From Thermoanaerobaculia bacterium (GTDB lineage Bacteria; Acidobacteriota; Thermoanaerobaculia; Gp7-AA8), in contig DATKCD010000035.1 in the NCBI GenBank assembly GCA_035544735.1, forward strand, positions 31,854-95,853: a stretch of 64,000 bases of DNA. The letters are read 5' to 3'. Below the pieces are notes generated by a model that made no database searches, had not been told where the DNA came from, and saw nothing but the letters and a program-made list of their open reading frames with translations. Position numbers and translations under genes: made by a program. Positions within the stretch are counted from its first letter, which is position 1. Each line of letters starts with the position of its first letter. Below are positions 35,743-47,500 of this stretch, piece after piece.

Positions 35743-36741
35743 ATGGGCAAGCCCGAGCGCCGGCAGGGGCCGGCGGAGATCCACCCATCGATCCTCGAAG
35801 CGCGGCGCGTTCTCGAAGTCGAAGCGAATGCAATCCTCGGTCTGATCAACCACCTCGACGAGCAGTTCATCGCGGTCGTCGATCTGATCCGTGCGTCCTC
35901 GGGGCGGGTGGTCACCATGGGGATGGGGAAGTCGGGCATCATCTGCAAGAAGATCAGCGCCACGCTCGCCTCGACGGGAACGCCGTCGTTCTTCATGCAC
36001 CCCGGCGAGGCGCTCCACGGCGATCTCGGAATGCTCGTCCGGGGCGACCTGGTGCTGGCGATCTCCAATTCGGGCGAGACCGAGGAGATTCTCCGTCTGA
36101 TGCCGGCGATCAAGCGGCTCGGCGTCTCGCTCGTCTCGATCACCGGAAATCCCGCGTCGAGCCTGGCGCACCATGCCGACCACCATCTCTCCGCTGCCAT
36201 CTCGAAGGAGGCGTGCCCCCTCGGACTCGCTCCCACCGCATCGACCACCGCGACGCTCGCGCTCGGAGACGCGCTCGCGATGGCGCTGCTGACCGCACGC
36301 GGTTTCCGTGAGGAGGACTTCGCGGTCCTGCATCCCGGAGGAAAGCTCGGCAAGCGCTTCCTCAAGGTCCGCGACCTGATGCACTCGGGAGATGACGCGC
36401 CGCGCGTGGTGCTCTCCACTCCCATGCAGGACGTGATCTACGAGATGTCGCGCAAGGGGTTCGGCATCACCGCCGTGGTCTCCGAGGACGGGCGGCTCGA
36501 AGGGGTGATCTCCGATGGAGACCTCCGCCGCCTGCTTCAGCGCGACGAACAGGCGCTCCGGCGCAACGCTCAGGAATCGATGAAACGCGATCCCTTCACG
36601 ATCGATGGAGATCAGCTCGCCTCGGCCGCCCTTCAGGTGATGGAGGAGAAGAAGATCACCTCGCTCTTCATCGTCGACGATGCCGGGCGCGCCGAAGGAA
36701 TCCTCCACATCCACGATCTCTGGGGGCTGGAGCTGTTTTGA
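35743..36741 (+). CDS. kdsD: KpsF/GutQ-family arabinose-5-phosphate isomerase (SIS + tandem CBS domains)
   Basis: The SIS motifs GMGKSG and ASTGTPSFFMHPGEALHGDLGM are present, with a CBS pair at the C-terminus. The alternative start is the ATG at 35689. The ORF's upstream 100 aa are junk-like. Confidence 0.85.
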   Translation: MGKPERRQGPAEIHPSILEARRVLEVEANAILGLINHLDEQFIAVVDLIRASSGRVVTMGMGKSGIICKKISATLASTGTPSFFMHPGEALHGDLGMLVRGDLVLAISNSGETEEILRLMPAIKRLGVSLVSITGNPASSLAHHADHHLSAAISKEACPLGLAPTASTTATLALGDALAMALLTARGFREEDFAVLHPGGKLGKRFLKVRDLMHSGDDAPRVVLSTPMQDVIYEMSRKGFGITAVVSEDGRLEGVISDGDLRRLLQRDEQALRRNAQESMKRDPFTIDGDQLASAALQVMEEKKITSLFIVDDAGRAEGILHIHDLWGLELF

Positions 36742-37124
36742 CCGACGCCCGTCCGAGCGCCGTTCCCGTCGTTCTCCACTACCTCGGCGGCCGCACCGAG
36801 CACGTCTGGGCCCCGCCTCAGATCGACCCCGACCGGCAGACCGTCGCGGTGACCAATCAGGACGGCACCCCGCGCGAGGTCTCGTTCACCGAGCTCAAGG
36901 CGGTGTTCTTTCTCCACGACAGCGAGGTGGCGGACCCGGGCGAGACGCCGCCCGGCAGCACGCTCGCGGTCGAGTTCGCCGATGGCGAGCTCATCCGAGG
37001 CATCACGAACCAGTACAATCCTTCCGCCGGCGGATTCTGGCTCTACCCTCACGACCGGAGCAAAAACGACCGCGTGTTTGTTGTCAACTCCGCCGTCGTT
37101 TCCATCGACGTCGAGAAACTCTGA
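36738..37124 (+). CDS. Hypothetical protein (128 aa)
   Basis: A TTG start overlaps the kdsD stop. The composition is plausible, but no family was recognised. Confidence 0.45.
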   Translation: MTDARPSAVPVVLHYLGGRTEHVWAPPQIDPDRQTVAVTNQDGTPREVSFTELKAVFFLHDSEVADPGETPPGSTLAVEFADGELIRGITNQYNPSAGGFWLYPHDRSKNDRVFVVNSAVVSIDVEKL

Positions 37125-37202
37125 AGCGTCCCGCCGGGAGAGTCCCGGCGCGACGCCACACCAGACGCGCCGGCACCGCCCGCGCGAAGCACGGAGGAAC
37201 CC

Positions 37203-37817
37203 TTGAAGATCGCGTTCATCTCGAGCACTCTGCTGTTCGCCCTGACCACGAGCGCGCCCGCCGCCGAGCTGTCCGTGGAACGGGCACTCGCGGCGACGGC
37301 CGGAACGAAAGCGGAGTTCGTACAGAAGTTCACCCCGAAGGGATTCACGCGCGACCGCGTGGAACGAGGGGAAGTGATATTCGGCCCGGCGCCGCAGATG
37401 CGATGGAGCTACCGGAGTCCCGAGTCGAAGCTTTTCGTGTTCGACGGCGAGACCTCGTGGCTCTACGCTCCGGACGACCGGCAGGTGACGGTCGCGACCC
37501 TGAGCGAGGAAGATCGGAAGGCGTTGCCGTTCGTGCTCCTGGCGGACGCCGTCGCGCTGCAGCGTGAGTACGCGGTCCGCGAAAGCGTCGAAGGGGGGTC
37601 GATCCGCACCGAGCTGACGCCGCGGAGCGAGGCGGCCCTGGTGCGGGACCTGGTGGTGGTGACGGGGGCGAAGGATCACCGGATCCGCCGGATCGAGTAT
37701 TCGGACCGGCAGGGCAACCGGACGGTTTTCGAGTTCGCGAACCACACGCCGGCGCGGATCGCGGCCGAGACGTTCCGATTCACCCCTCCCCCGGGTGTGG
37801 AAGTCGTCCGGAACTGA
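37203..37817 (+). CDS. LolA-like periplasmic protein (outer-membrane lipoprotein carrier family fold)
   Basis: A TTG start is preceded by a GGAGGA RBS, and a signal peptide is present. The length (about 200 aa) and the motif F.Q.F...G are LolA-like. The assignment is tentative. Confidence 0.5.
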   Translation: MKIAFISSTLLFALTTSAPAAELSVERALAATAGTKAEFVQKFTPKGFTRDRVERGEVIFGPAPQMRWSYRSPESKLFVFDGETSWLYAPDDRQVTVATLSEEDRKALPFVLLADAVALQREYAVRESVEGGSIRTELTPRSEAALVRDLVVVTGAKDHRIRRIEYSDRQGNRTVFEFANHTPARIAAETFRFTPPPGVEVVRN

Positions 37818-37845
37818 AATCGCGGGCGGGAAGGGAACGAGCGAC

Positions 37846-38340
37846 ATGGCGCAGGAGTTCTCGTTCGACATCGTGTCGAAGACCGACATGCAGGAAGTGG
37901 CCAACGCCGTACAGCAGGCGGCGCGCGAGCTCGCGAACCGCTTCGATTTCAAGGGGAGCAGGAGCGAGATCACCCTCGGCGAGGGGGAGATCGTCCTGGT
38001 CTCGGACGACGCACAGAAGCTCAAGAGCGTCCGCGACGTTCTCGAGGAGAAACTGGTGCGGCGCAAAGTCTCGCTCAAGGCGCTCGACTACCAGAACGTG
38101 GAAGACGCCTCGATGGGGACCGTCCGGCAGCGCGCGAAGATTGTGCAGGGAATCGAGTCCGACAAGGCGAAGGCGATCGTCCGCATGGTCAAGGACGCGA
38201 AGATTCGAGTCCAGGCCTCGATTCAGGGCGATCAGGTCCGGATCGCGGGAAAGAACAAAGACGAGCTCCAGAGGGTCATCGCCATGGCCCGCGAGCGGGA
38301 CTTCGGCATCCCGCTGCAGTTCGTCAATTACAGGGGCTGA
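37846..38340 (+). CDS. yajQ: YajQ-family nucleotide-binding protein (UPF0234)
   Basis: The motifs MAQEFSFDIVSK, FDFKGS and IRVQASIQGDQVRI are typical of YajQ. Confidence 0.8.
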   Translation: MAQEFSFDIVSKTDMQEVANAVQQAARELANRFDFKGSRSEITLGEGEIVLVSDDAQKLKSVRDVLEEKLVRRKVSLKALDYQNVEDASMGTVRQRAKIVQGIESDKAKAIVRMVKDAKIRVQASIQGDQVRIAGKNKDELQRVIAMARERDFGIPLQFVNYRG

Positions 38341-38382
38341 ATCGGCTTTGCGCCCCGGTTTGAATCGGATATTCTTGCAGCC

Positions 38383-39396
38383 GTGAGCACGCCCGGAACC
38401 CGCATTCCGACGCCGCCGGCCGGCTCGATTCGCCCCGAACAGTTCCTCGACCTGATCGCACCGAAGCTCCTGCGGGTCGAAGCCGAGCTGCGTGATCATT
38501 TCAACTCGCCGGTCCGGACCATCGGCGAAGTCGGCGACCACATCCTGGACGGCGGCGGAAAACGCCTCCGTCCCGCGTTGCTGCTCCTCGCTTCCAGCAT
38601 GGTCGAGTACGAGGGGGATCACGACGTGATCCTCGCCGCCGTCGTCGAGATGATCCACACCGCCACCCTCGTCCACGACGACATCATCGACGACGCCGAA
38701 GTCCGCCGCGGCAAGACCTCGATCAACTACCGGTGGGGCAATCACCTCACCGTGCTCGTCGGCGACTATCTCTACGTCCGCGCTCTCGACACCGCCCTCG
38801 AGGCCCGCAGCATCGACGTCCTCAAGACCCTCTCGACCGCCACGATCCGGATGACCGAGGGGGAGATCCTCGCCCTCGAGCTCAACGGCCGTCCCGATCT
38901 GACTCGCGACGAGTACTTCGACGTCATCGAGCGCAAGACCGCCGCGCTGTTCGGCGCCTCCTGCCGCCTCCCCGGCCACCTGGTTCAGCATCCCGCCGGA
39001 GATCTGCTGTTTCAATACGGCAGCAATCTCGGCATCTGCTTCCAGCTCATCGACGACGTGCTCGATTACACCTCCTCCACCGCCGTTCTCGGCAAGCCCG
39101 TCCTGTCCGATCTGCGCGAGGGGAAGATCACCCTTCCTCTGATCCTCGCCCGGCCCCGCGCCACCGACCCCGAACGAAGGATCATCGACCGGGTGGTGGC
39201 CGAAAAGAGCCTCGGCTCGACCGATCCCCGCGATCTGGTCGACATCGCGAACCGATACGACGCCATCGACGAGAGCCGCGACATCGCCCGCGACTACGCC
39301 GACCGCGCACGCGCCGCCCTCGACCCCTTCCCCGACTCCCCCGCTCGCCAGGCGCTCGCCGCGGCCCTCGACTTCGTCCTCTCGCGGGAGCGCTGA
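38383..39396 (+). CDS. Polyprenyl diphosphate synthase (IspB/heptaprenyl-octaprenyl type)
   Basis: The FARM motif LVHDDIIDD and the SARM motif FQLIDDVLDY are present. A GTG start is proposed. Confidence 0.8.
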   Translation: MSTPGTRIPTPPAGSIRPEQFLDLIAPKLLRVEAELRDHFNSPVRTIGEVGDHILDGGGKRLRPALLLLASSMVEYEGDHDVILAAVVEMIHTATLVHDDIIDDAEVRRGKTSINYRWGNHLTVLVGDYLYVRALDTALEARSIDVLKTLSTATIRMTEGEILALELNGRPDLTRDEYFDVIERKTAALFGASCRLPGHLVQHPAGDLLFQYGSNLGICFQLIDDVLDYTSSTAVLGKPVLSDLREGKITLPLILARPRATDPERRIIDRVVAEKSLGSTDPRDLVDIANRYDAIDESRDIARDYADRARAALDPFPDSPARQALAAALDFVLSRER

Positions 39397-39474
39397 GGCG
39401 GTTCGTAAACATCTTGACGACCCGCCTCCCGGCACCTAAAATAACGTCAGCAACCTGGGAAGGGGTGTGAAGGG

Positions 39475-39858
39475 ATGGAGCGGATCCAGGTCAAAGGTCC
39501 TCACGGCATCCAGCGCGGTCGCCTTCTGTCCGCCCTCCGCACCTGTCTCCCCGGCGCCTGGCTCAGCCCCGAGCCTCACGAGCTGATCTCCCTCTACCGG
39601 CTCCGCTACCGGATGGCGCTCGAGGACGGCAAGTACGACGCGGCCCTCATCTTCCTGAACAAGATCCTCGAGGTCGATCCGATGAACCCGGAAGCGAAGC
39701 TCTGCCTCGCGGAGATCTACCACCGGCACCTCGGAGACCTCGGACGGGCGGTCGAGCAGTACAACAAGGTCATTCGGCTGACGGCGAGCCGCCCCGACGA
39801 TCAGGTGTCGCAGCGCGCCCGGACCTCGCTCACCGAGATCCTCGAGCTTCTGAGCTGA
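39475..39858 (+). CDS. Small tetratricopeptide-repeat protein
   Basis: The TPR-like segment AALIFLNKILEVDPMNPEAKLCLAEIYHRHLGDLGRAVEQY is present. An RBS lies upstream. The 3' end overlaps the convergent GH3 gene by 29 bp. Confidence 0.45.
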   Translation: MERIQVKGPHGIQRGRLLSALRTCLPGAWLSPEPHELISLYRLRYRMALEDGKYDAALIFLNKILEVDPMNPEAKLCLAEIYHRHLGDLGRAVEQYNKVIRLTASRPDDQVSQRARTSLTEILELLS

Positions 39859-41455
39859 GCTCCGGCTCGCATCGGGCGCCGGTTCCGATCGGGCCGACTC
39901 CCTCGACCGAGACCGGAAGCCGCCCGGCCGCGCAGCGCTCGCCCTTCAGCACCTCCAGAGCAGCCCGCTGCGACTCCGCCCGGAATCCGTAGGCGAACAC
40001 TCTCGCCTCGGCCGCGATCCCGGCCGCGTCGTGGGGCGATCCGAGAAGCACCAGCACCAGACGTGCAGACGGTCGCCTCGCGACCACGCCCGCGATGATC
40101 CCGGCCTGCGAGCGATTCTGGATGGCCGCGATCCAGCGCGAGTCCGGCTTCACCATTTCCGCGATCTGCTCGGTCAGCAGCCGGATCTGGTTCGTACCTG
40201 GTTTCAAGGGAAGAAGGATCCGCCGATCTTCGGCGAACGCATCCGCCAGGGGCCCGCTCACGCCGATGAACAACTCCGCCGGGAGATCGAGCACGGGAAC
40301 CGGCGGCGCCACGGTGACCGCTCGCCGTGCCAGGTCGAGGGCGAGGCCGGGATCCGGCCGGCAATCGGGCGCCGGCAGCGCCGCCCTTCTCTTCGCCTCG
40401 AGGACTCGCGCCACCGACGCGTCCACCCGCGCGCGCGAGAGCCTCCCCGATCGCATCGCTTCCAGGAGAGCCACGTAGCCGGAGTGGGCCGATCGTGGAC
40501 TCACCACCAGCACCACGTCCGCTCCTGCTTCGATCGCCCTCACCACCAGCTCCCCCTGCTCCCCCTCCTCGGCGATCCCCCGCATGTGCATCGCGTCCGT
40601 GACGACGAGCCCGTCGAATCCGAGCTCCCGGCGGAGCAGCGACTGGAGCAACCGAGGCGAAAGCGACGCCGGGATCCCGTCGCTCCCCGCCCAGGCCGGA
40701 TACGACACGTGCGCGGCCATCACGCCGTCGAGGGCGCCTGACTCGATCGCGGCGGCGTAGGGAGCCAGATCGGTCCGGCGCATCAGCTCCGGCGAACGGT
40801 CGACCTCGGCCGCGCCGAGGTGAGGATCGGCGGTCGCGAATCCCTGACCCGGGAAGTGCTTCGCGACTCCCAGAACTCCCGCGGAGCGCATTCCGTTCAG
40901 GAACGCGGTCGAGATCCGTCCCACCAGGTCGGGATCGTCGGAGATCGCGCGAGTCCCGAGATCGGACGAGTCGGCGGCCGAGCTCAGATCGAGCGTCGGC
41001 GCGAAGTTCATGGTGATTCCCGCCGAGCGAAGCGCACAGCCGACGTGCGCCCCCGAGATTCTTGCAATCCTCTCGCTTCCGATCGCGCCGAGGGCCATCG
41101 CGCCGGGAATGGCTGCCGGCTCGTAGCGGATGACGCTTCCCCCTTCCTGATCGACCGCGACGATCGGCGCGAGCGAGGGCGTTCCCGCCAGCTCGCGGAT
41201 CTCCGCGGTCAGCTTCCGAACCTCCGTTTCGGATGCCAGATTTGAGCGGTAGAGCACGACGATTCCGACCTTCCGATCGGCGATCCAGGGGCGGAGTGCC
41301 GGCGTAACCGACGGCGATGGAAGGCCGATCCCGAGAATCTGCGAGGCCCGCTGCGAGTCCGTCATTTCTCCGTCCGCGGGCGGCGGCGGGGCTGCGGAGG
41401 CGATCGCCGAACCGAGGAAAAGAATGGAGTTTCGGAGAATGGCTGAGCGGACCAT
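39830..41455 (-). CDS. Glycoside hydrolase family 3 protein (NagZ/BglX-like, secreted)
   Basis: The GH3 N-domain motifs VAVDQEGGSV and KHFPGQG are present, with a signal peptide. Confidence 0.8.
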   Translation of the reverse strand: MVRSAILRNSILFLGSAIASAAPPPPADGEMTDSQRASQILGIGLPSPSVTPALRPWIADRKVGIVVLYRSNLASETEVRKLTAEIRELAGTPSLAPIVAVDQEGGSVIRYEPAAIPGAMALGAIGSERIARISGAHVGCALRSAGITMNFAPTLDLSSAADSSDLGTRAISDDPDLVGRISTAFLNGMRSAGVLGVAKHFPGQGFATADPHLGAAEVDRSPELMRRTDLAPYAAAIESGALDGVMAAHVSYPAWAGSDGIPASLSPRLLQSLLRRELGFDGLVVTDAMHMRGIAEEGEQGELVVRAIEAGADVVLVVSPRSAHSGYVALLEAMRSGRLSRARVDASVARVLEAKRRAALPAPDCRPDPGLALDLARRAVTVAPPVPVLDLPAELFIGVSGPLADAFAEDRRILLPLKPGTNQIRLLTEQIAEMVKPDSRWIAAIQNRSQAGIIAGVVARRPSARLVLVLLGSPHDAAGIAAEARVFAYGFRAESQRAALEVLKGERCAAGRLPVSVEGVGPIGTGARCEPELSSEARGSR

Positions 41456-41508
41456 GCGGCAGAGTTGAGCTAGAATAACGCGGAATCCGCCCAGACAGGA
41501 AGGTCACG

Positions 41509-44500
41509 ATGAGACGAATGCCCGCTCGCCCGCTCGGACTCTGTCTTCTGTTCGCGCTGCTCGCCGCATCGGCGAGCGCCCAATTCGTCGTGACCAATAC
41601 TCTCGACATCGGAGCCGGGTCGCTGCGCCAGGCGATCCTCGACAGCAACGCCTGCCTCGCGACGTGCGACATCGAATTCAATATCCTGGCCGGTTCGTGC
41701 CCGTCATCCGAGTGCCGGATCGAGGTCGCGTCCGCCCTTCCTTCGATCAGCGGGATCGGAAGCCCCACGGTGGACGGTACTACGCAGCAGATCTTCAACG
41801 GCTCGTTCGTAGTCGTCGACGGAAACGGGATCGCGGCCGACGGACTCACGCTGGCTGCGGCGAGCGTGACGGTCGACGGGCTGGCGGTGGTTGCCTTCGG
41901 AGGAGCGGGAATCCGGCTGACCTCTCCGGCGGGAGGAGCCGAGATCCTCAGCTCGAGAATCGGGACGTCCTTTGCGGGCTCCGTCGAAGGAAACGGCGGG
42001 GACGGGATCGCGGCCGACAGCGGGCTGCTGGGGGCTCTGATCTCGGGGAACACGATCGCGCACAACGGCGGATCGGGCGTCCGGATCGGGACCGACGACG
42101 GCGACCTGACTCCGAGCGGGGTCGAGCTCATCAGCAACTCGATCTTCGACAACGCTCTTCTCGGCATCGATCTCGGCACCCAGGGAGTGCTGGCGAACGA
42201 CGCGCTCGATCTCGACGCCGGCCCCAACGGTCTTCAGAACGCTCCGGTGCTCACTTCGGCGAGCTCGACTCCGAGCGGGATTCAGGTCGTCGGCCAGCTC
42301 GAGTCCGAAACCTCCCAGGACTATCGAATCGAGATCTACGGCAGCGCCGTCGCCGACCCGAGCGGTTTCGGCGAGGGAGAGATCCTGCTGAACTCGTTCA
42401 ACGCGGCCACGGATGCGTCCGGTGTGGCTCCCATCGATCAGGTTTTCTTCGCCTCCGGCTCCTCGTTCGACTCGATCACGGCCACGGCGACGAAAATCGA
42501 CCTCTCCGGGGGAGTCAACGAGACCTCCGAGTTCTCGAACGCGGTGCCCCTGCCGCATTCGTACATCGTGACGAACACCAACGACAGCGGCCTCGGGTCG
42601 CTTCGCGCCGCCATCGATGCCGCGAACTCGTTCGCCTGTGCTTATCCCTGCACGATTCTGTTCAACATCCCCGGGACCGGGCCGGTTTTCACCATCCAGC
42701 CGCTGACGCCCCTTCCGGCGATCGTCGTCGAGCAGGTGTTCATCGAGGGCTCGAGCCAGACCTCGTTCGGCGGCGATACGAACCCCTTCGGTCCCGAGAT
42801 CGACCTCGACGGCTCTCTCCTCTCGTCCGGACACGGCCTGCTGATCGATGCGGCGAGCACGTTCGTGGGGGGGGTCGGCATCGAAGGGCTCACGATCCGC
42901 AACTTCCCCGGCGACGGCATCCGCGTCGACGCGCCCGGCTCCTTCTCGAGCTCCGGCAACGCGTTTTTCAACTGTTACATCGGAACCGATCCGACCGGCA
43001 CTTCGGCCTCGCCGAACGGTGGCTACGGAATCGGCCTGTTCGGAGCCGCTCTGTCCAACTTCGTCGGCGATCCGTTCAACGACATCGGAAACCTGATCAG
43101 CGGGAACGCGGCGTTCGGCGTCTATGCCGGGATCTCTTCGGGCAGCCACATCGTGGTCTCGAATCTCATCGGCACCGATCGCACGGCGACGAGTCCGATT
43201 CCGAACGGGATGGGCGGCGTCTACGTCGACAGCGGCTTCAACCAGTTCGGATTCTTCAGCTCCCGCTTCATCGTCAATTCCGCGGGGGCGAGCGCCCTTT
43301 CCGCACCGGCCGATCCGTCCCGGCGGCTCGCGCGGCTCGCGGAGCGGGATCCGGCCTCGGATGAGCGGATCGCGTCGGCTCCGTGGGTCGTACGGCAACA
43401 GGCGCTCGCGGCGTCTCGGTCGTCCGCCCCGGCCGTCGCTCCTTCGTCGGTCGCTGCGCAGGGCGCGCTCCCCGCTCCGAGTGGAAACATCATCGCCTTC
43501 AACGACGGTCCGGGAATCGTACTCGACAACGGGGCGAGCGAGAACCTCGTCGCTCTGAACTGGATTCATTCGAACGACGGGGACGGAGTCCTGCTGACCG
43601 GCACCGCCGGCAACGGCAACTGGATCTCGGTGAACTCGATCCACGACAATGCCGGACTCGGAATCGACATCGACGCGGGCACGCAGAACGCCGACGGAGT
43701 CACCCAGAACGACGGCGCCGAGACGTTCGGCGAGCCGAACGACCTGGTCGACTATCCGACGATCGTGAGCGCGGTGTTCGACGGGACGAACACCGACATC
43801 ACATACACGTTCGCCTCCACCTCCGGGGCGTACCAGACGTATTACTTCGATTTCCACAAGGGTCCGACGCCCGACCCGAGCGGCTTCGGCGAAGGGGAGA
43901 CGTGGTTCGACTTTGACGCTCAGACGTATGGAATCACACCGCCGGACGGCACGACCCCGCACCTGCTCCGCTTCCCGATGGATCTGCGCGGAAACTGGAT
44001 CACCGCGACGACCGGAAGCGAGGTTTTCACGAGTACTTCGTTCTCGGTCTCCGAGTTCAGCGCAGCCGTCGCGGTTCAGGCTCTCGACCTCGGGATTGCC
44101 AAGAGCGGCCCCGCCACCGTCCTGGCCGGCCAGCCCTTCAGCTACACCCTCACCGTCACCAACTTCGGCCCCGACACTTCAGAACCCGTCGACGTGACCG
44201 ATACCCTCCCCGCCGGCACCGCCTTCGTCTCCGCTTCCGCGTCGTCCAGCACCCCGACGATCTGGTCGTGCAGCGAGACCTCGCCCGGGGTGGTCCTCTG
44301 CACGACGGGCGTCATGCTCGAGCTCGACGTCACGACGATCACGATCAACGTCGTCGCGCCGGGAAGCCCCGGCACGATCACGAACACCGCCGACGTGGCG
44401 ACGGGCGGAACCGACATCGACCCCGCGAACGACTTCTCGGCCGTCTCGACGACGGTCCTCCCCCCCGAGGCCGATCTCAAGATCGAAAAGAGCGGGCCGG

Positions 44501-47500
44501 CTTCGGTGCAGCCGGGACAGTCGTTCTCCTGGACGCTCGTCGTCACGAATCTCGGACCGGAGAGCGCCCTCGACCTCGGCCTGAACGACGTCCTCCCCGG
44601 CGGGGTGACGTCCGTCTCGTTCTCCGCTCCCGGCTGGACGTGCGCGTTCACTCCCTCGTCCGCCCCCTCCAGCGCCGGTTCGTTGAGCTGCTTCCGCCCG
44701 AGCCTCGCCGCGGGAGTCTCCTCCAGCATCACCATTCAGGTGACGGCACCGAACGGCTCCGCCACGCTCACCAACACGGCCGACGTCTTCTCGGAGACGA
44801 CCGACTCCAACCAGGCGAACAACGGCGCGACGGCGGTGACCGTGGTCGAGGATCCGTGCACCGTCGGCCGTCCGATCTCCGTCAGTCCGGTCGGCGAGAC
44901 CGCCGGTCCGCCGGTCGAGTTCGTCTTCGAGGCCGTCGCGGAGGCTACCGGCTATCAGATCATCCTCATCGGGCCGGACGGAGTCTCGCGCCAGCTCGCC
45001 TCGATCAGCGGCTCGGCTCCGGCGGGCGAGCAGATGCGCGTCACGGTGGAATCCGGAATTCCGAGCGGGCGCAACATCTGGTTCGCCCGAGCGCTCTTCA
45101 AACCTCCGTGTCGTACGGTGGATGGCAACCAGCTCGTCTTCTTCATCGACAGTTGCCCTACGGCGGTGCCCGAGCTGCTCGAGCCGGCGGGTGGCGTGGT
45201 GAACAGCCCGACGACCGTGTTCCGATGGACGCGGGTCGACGAGGCGACTCGGTACGACCTGTTCACCTCTCTCGACGGCGGCGGGTTCGTATTCGCCGGC
45301 TCGGTGAACCAGCCGGCCGATCCGAACGAGGTCCCCTCGCTCGAGCTCGCCGTCCCGGCCGGCGCCGCGATCGGCTGGTTCGTCGAGGTCTTCTTCGGAC
45401 CCGACTGTCCGGTCGGCCGCTCCGCGACGGAGGGCTTCGACGTCGCCTGCTTCGCTCCGGTCCTCTCGGTCCCGGGAGAGCTGAGCTCCGGCGAGCCGTA
45501 TCAGGTGCGCGCGACGATCGTCTCCGTGGGACGCGGTTACGAGTTCCAGGAGTCGACCTCCCCCGACTTCGACGAGAATCTGGTCGTCAGGGACGGGATC
45601 GTCGACGAGAGCGGCGAGTTCATCTTCGCGGAGTTCGAGCACGAGATCGTCGATGCGACCGCGTTCTTCTACCGCGTCCGCGTAGCGCAGACGGGCTGCC
45701 AATTCTCCGATCCGCCGGGACGCATCGTCATCATCCCGATCTCGCTCGACTCGGTCGCGCAGTTCGGCTTCGACTCGCCGATCAGCCGGGCGCTGTTCGT
45801 CCCCTCCCCCGACCCCGATTCGGAACTGAGCTTCAACTTCGTCGCCACGACGGATCGCGACTGGCTGACGGTCCAGCCGAATTCCGGCATCGTCGGACCC
45901 GAGGGCGTCACGCTCACCGTCGTGATCGACCCGGTCGACCTGCCGGTCGGCAGCACGATCGGCACGGTGCTCGTCGAGTTCACCGAGGTCGGCGCCTCCG
46001 GCAAATCGGCCCAATCCAATCATACGACGACGACTTCGACCTCGGTCTCGCTCACGCTCGTCACGCCGGTGACCAACACCGGCAAGTCCGGGCCGGTCGC
46101 CGAGTCGCTCGTCATTCCCGCGGTGGCGCACGCCGGCGGCGTGGCCTCCGCCTGGCGGACCGACGTCCGCCTGATCAACCTCGGAACGAGCGTGAAGAAA
46201 TACGCGCTCAATCTCACCGAGTCGGGCCAGGACGGGACCCAAAGCGGGAAGACGAGCGAGATCCAGCTCGCGCCCGGGCAGATCACGGCTCTCAACGACG
46301 TGGTCAAGCACTGGTACGGCATCGGATCCCTCCCCGGTGAGTCGGGCACGGGGACGCTCGAGATCCGGCCGCTCGACGCCGCCGGCAAGACGGCAGCGCA
46401 GACTCCCGTCACCCGCACGCTCGTCTCGCTGGCCTCGTCGCGGACCTACAACCAGACCACCACCGGCACGCTCGGCCAGTTCATCCCGGCGATTCCATTC
46501 GCGGCCTTCGTCGGACAGACCCCACCCGAGGCCGAGCAGAGGAGCGTGCTCTCGCTGCAGCAGCTCGCGCAGTCCACCGATTACCGCACCAACGTCGGAG
46601 TGGTCGAAGCGGCCGGCAAGTCGGCCACCGTCACGATGCGTTTCTTCGACGCCGCGGGGGTCGAGCTGTTCACCCTTCCGGTGACGCTCCAGCCGGGCGA
46701 GCACCGGCAGTTCGATCAGATCCTCGCCAAGAACGGGGTCGCGAACGTCGCGAGCGCGCGGGCGGAGCTCGAAGTGACCGGCGGAGACGGAAAGATCGCC
46801 GCCTACGCGTCGGTCATCGACAACCGGACGGGCGATCCCCTTCTGGTCCAGGCCGTCGATCTGGCGACGCTCGGCGCTCAGAAGTACGTCGTCCCCGGCG
46901 TCGCGCACTTCGAGACGGGCCAGGCGAACTGGAGGAGCGACCTCCAGCTCTTCAATGCCGGGCTCGCCTCGGTTCGCGCGCGGCTCGCCTTCTTCCGCCA
47001 GCAGGAGACCACCGCGGCGCAAACGGTCGAGGTCGACCTCGAGCCCGGAACCGTCACGGCTCTGAACGACATTCTGCAGAACACCTTCGGCGAGTCCAAC
47101 AGCGGCGGCGCCGTTCACGTCACGACCGACGTCGAGTCGCGGCTCGTCATCACCGGCCGCACCTACGACCAGCAGGAGGACGGCACCTTCGGACAGTTCA
47201 TCTCCGCCGTGACCGAGGAGCAGGCGATCGGCCTCGGCGACCGGCCGATGCAGGTGCTCCAGATGGAGGAGTCGGCGAAGGTCCGGACGAATCTCGGCCT
47301 GGTCGAGGTCACCGGACAGCCGGTCCTGATCGAGATCACCGCCCACCCGGCCGAGTCGCGCGTGAGCCCGACGATCCAGCTCAACCTCGCCGGCAACGAG
47401 TTCCGCCAGCTCAATCAGGTTCTGCGGATCCTCAACGCCGGCACCACCTACAACGCGCGCGTCTCTCTGCGCGTCATCGGAGGCAACGGCCGAATCGCCG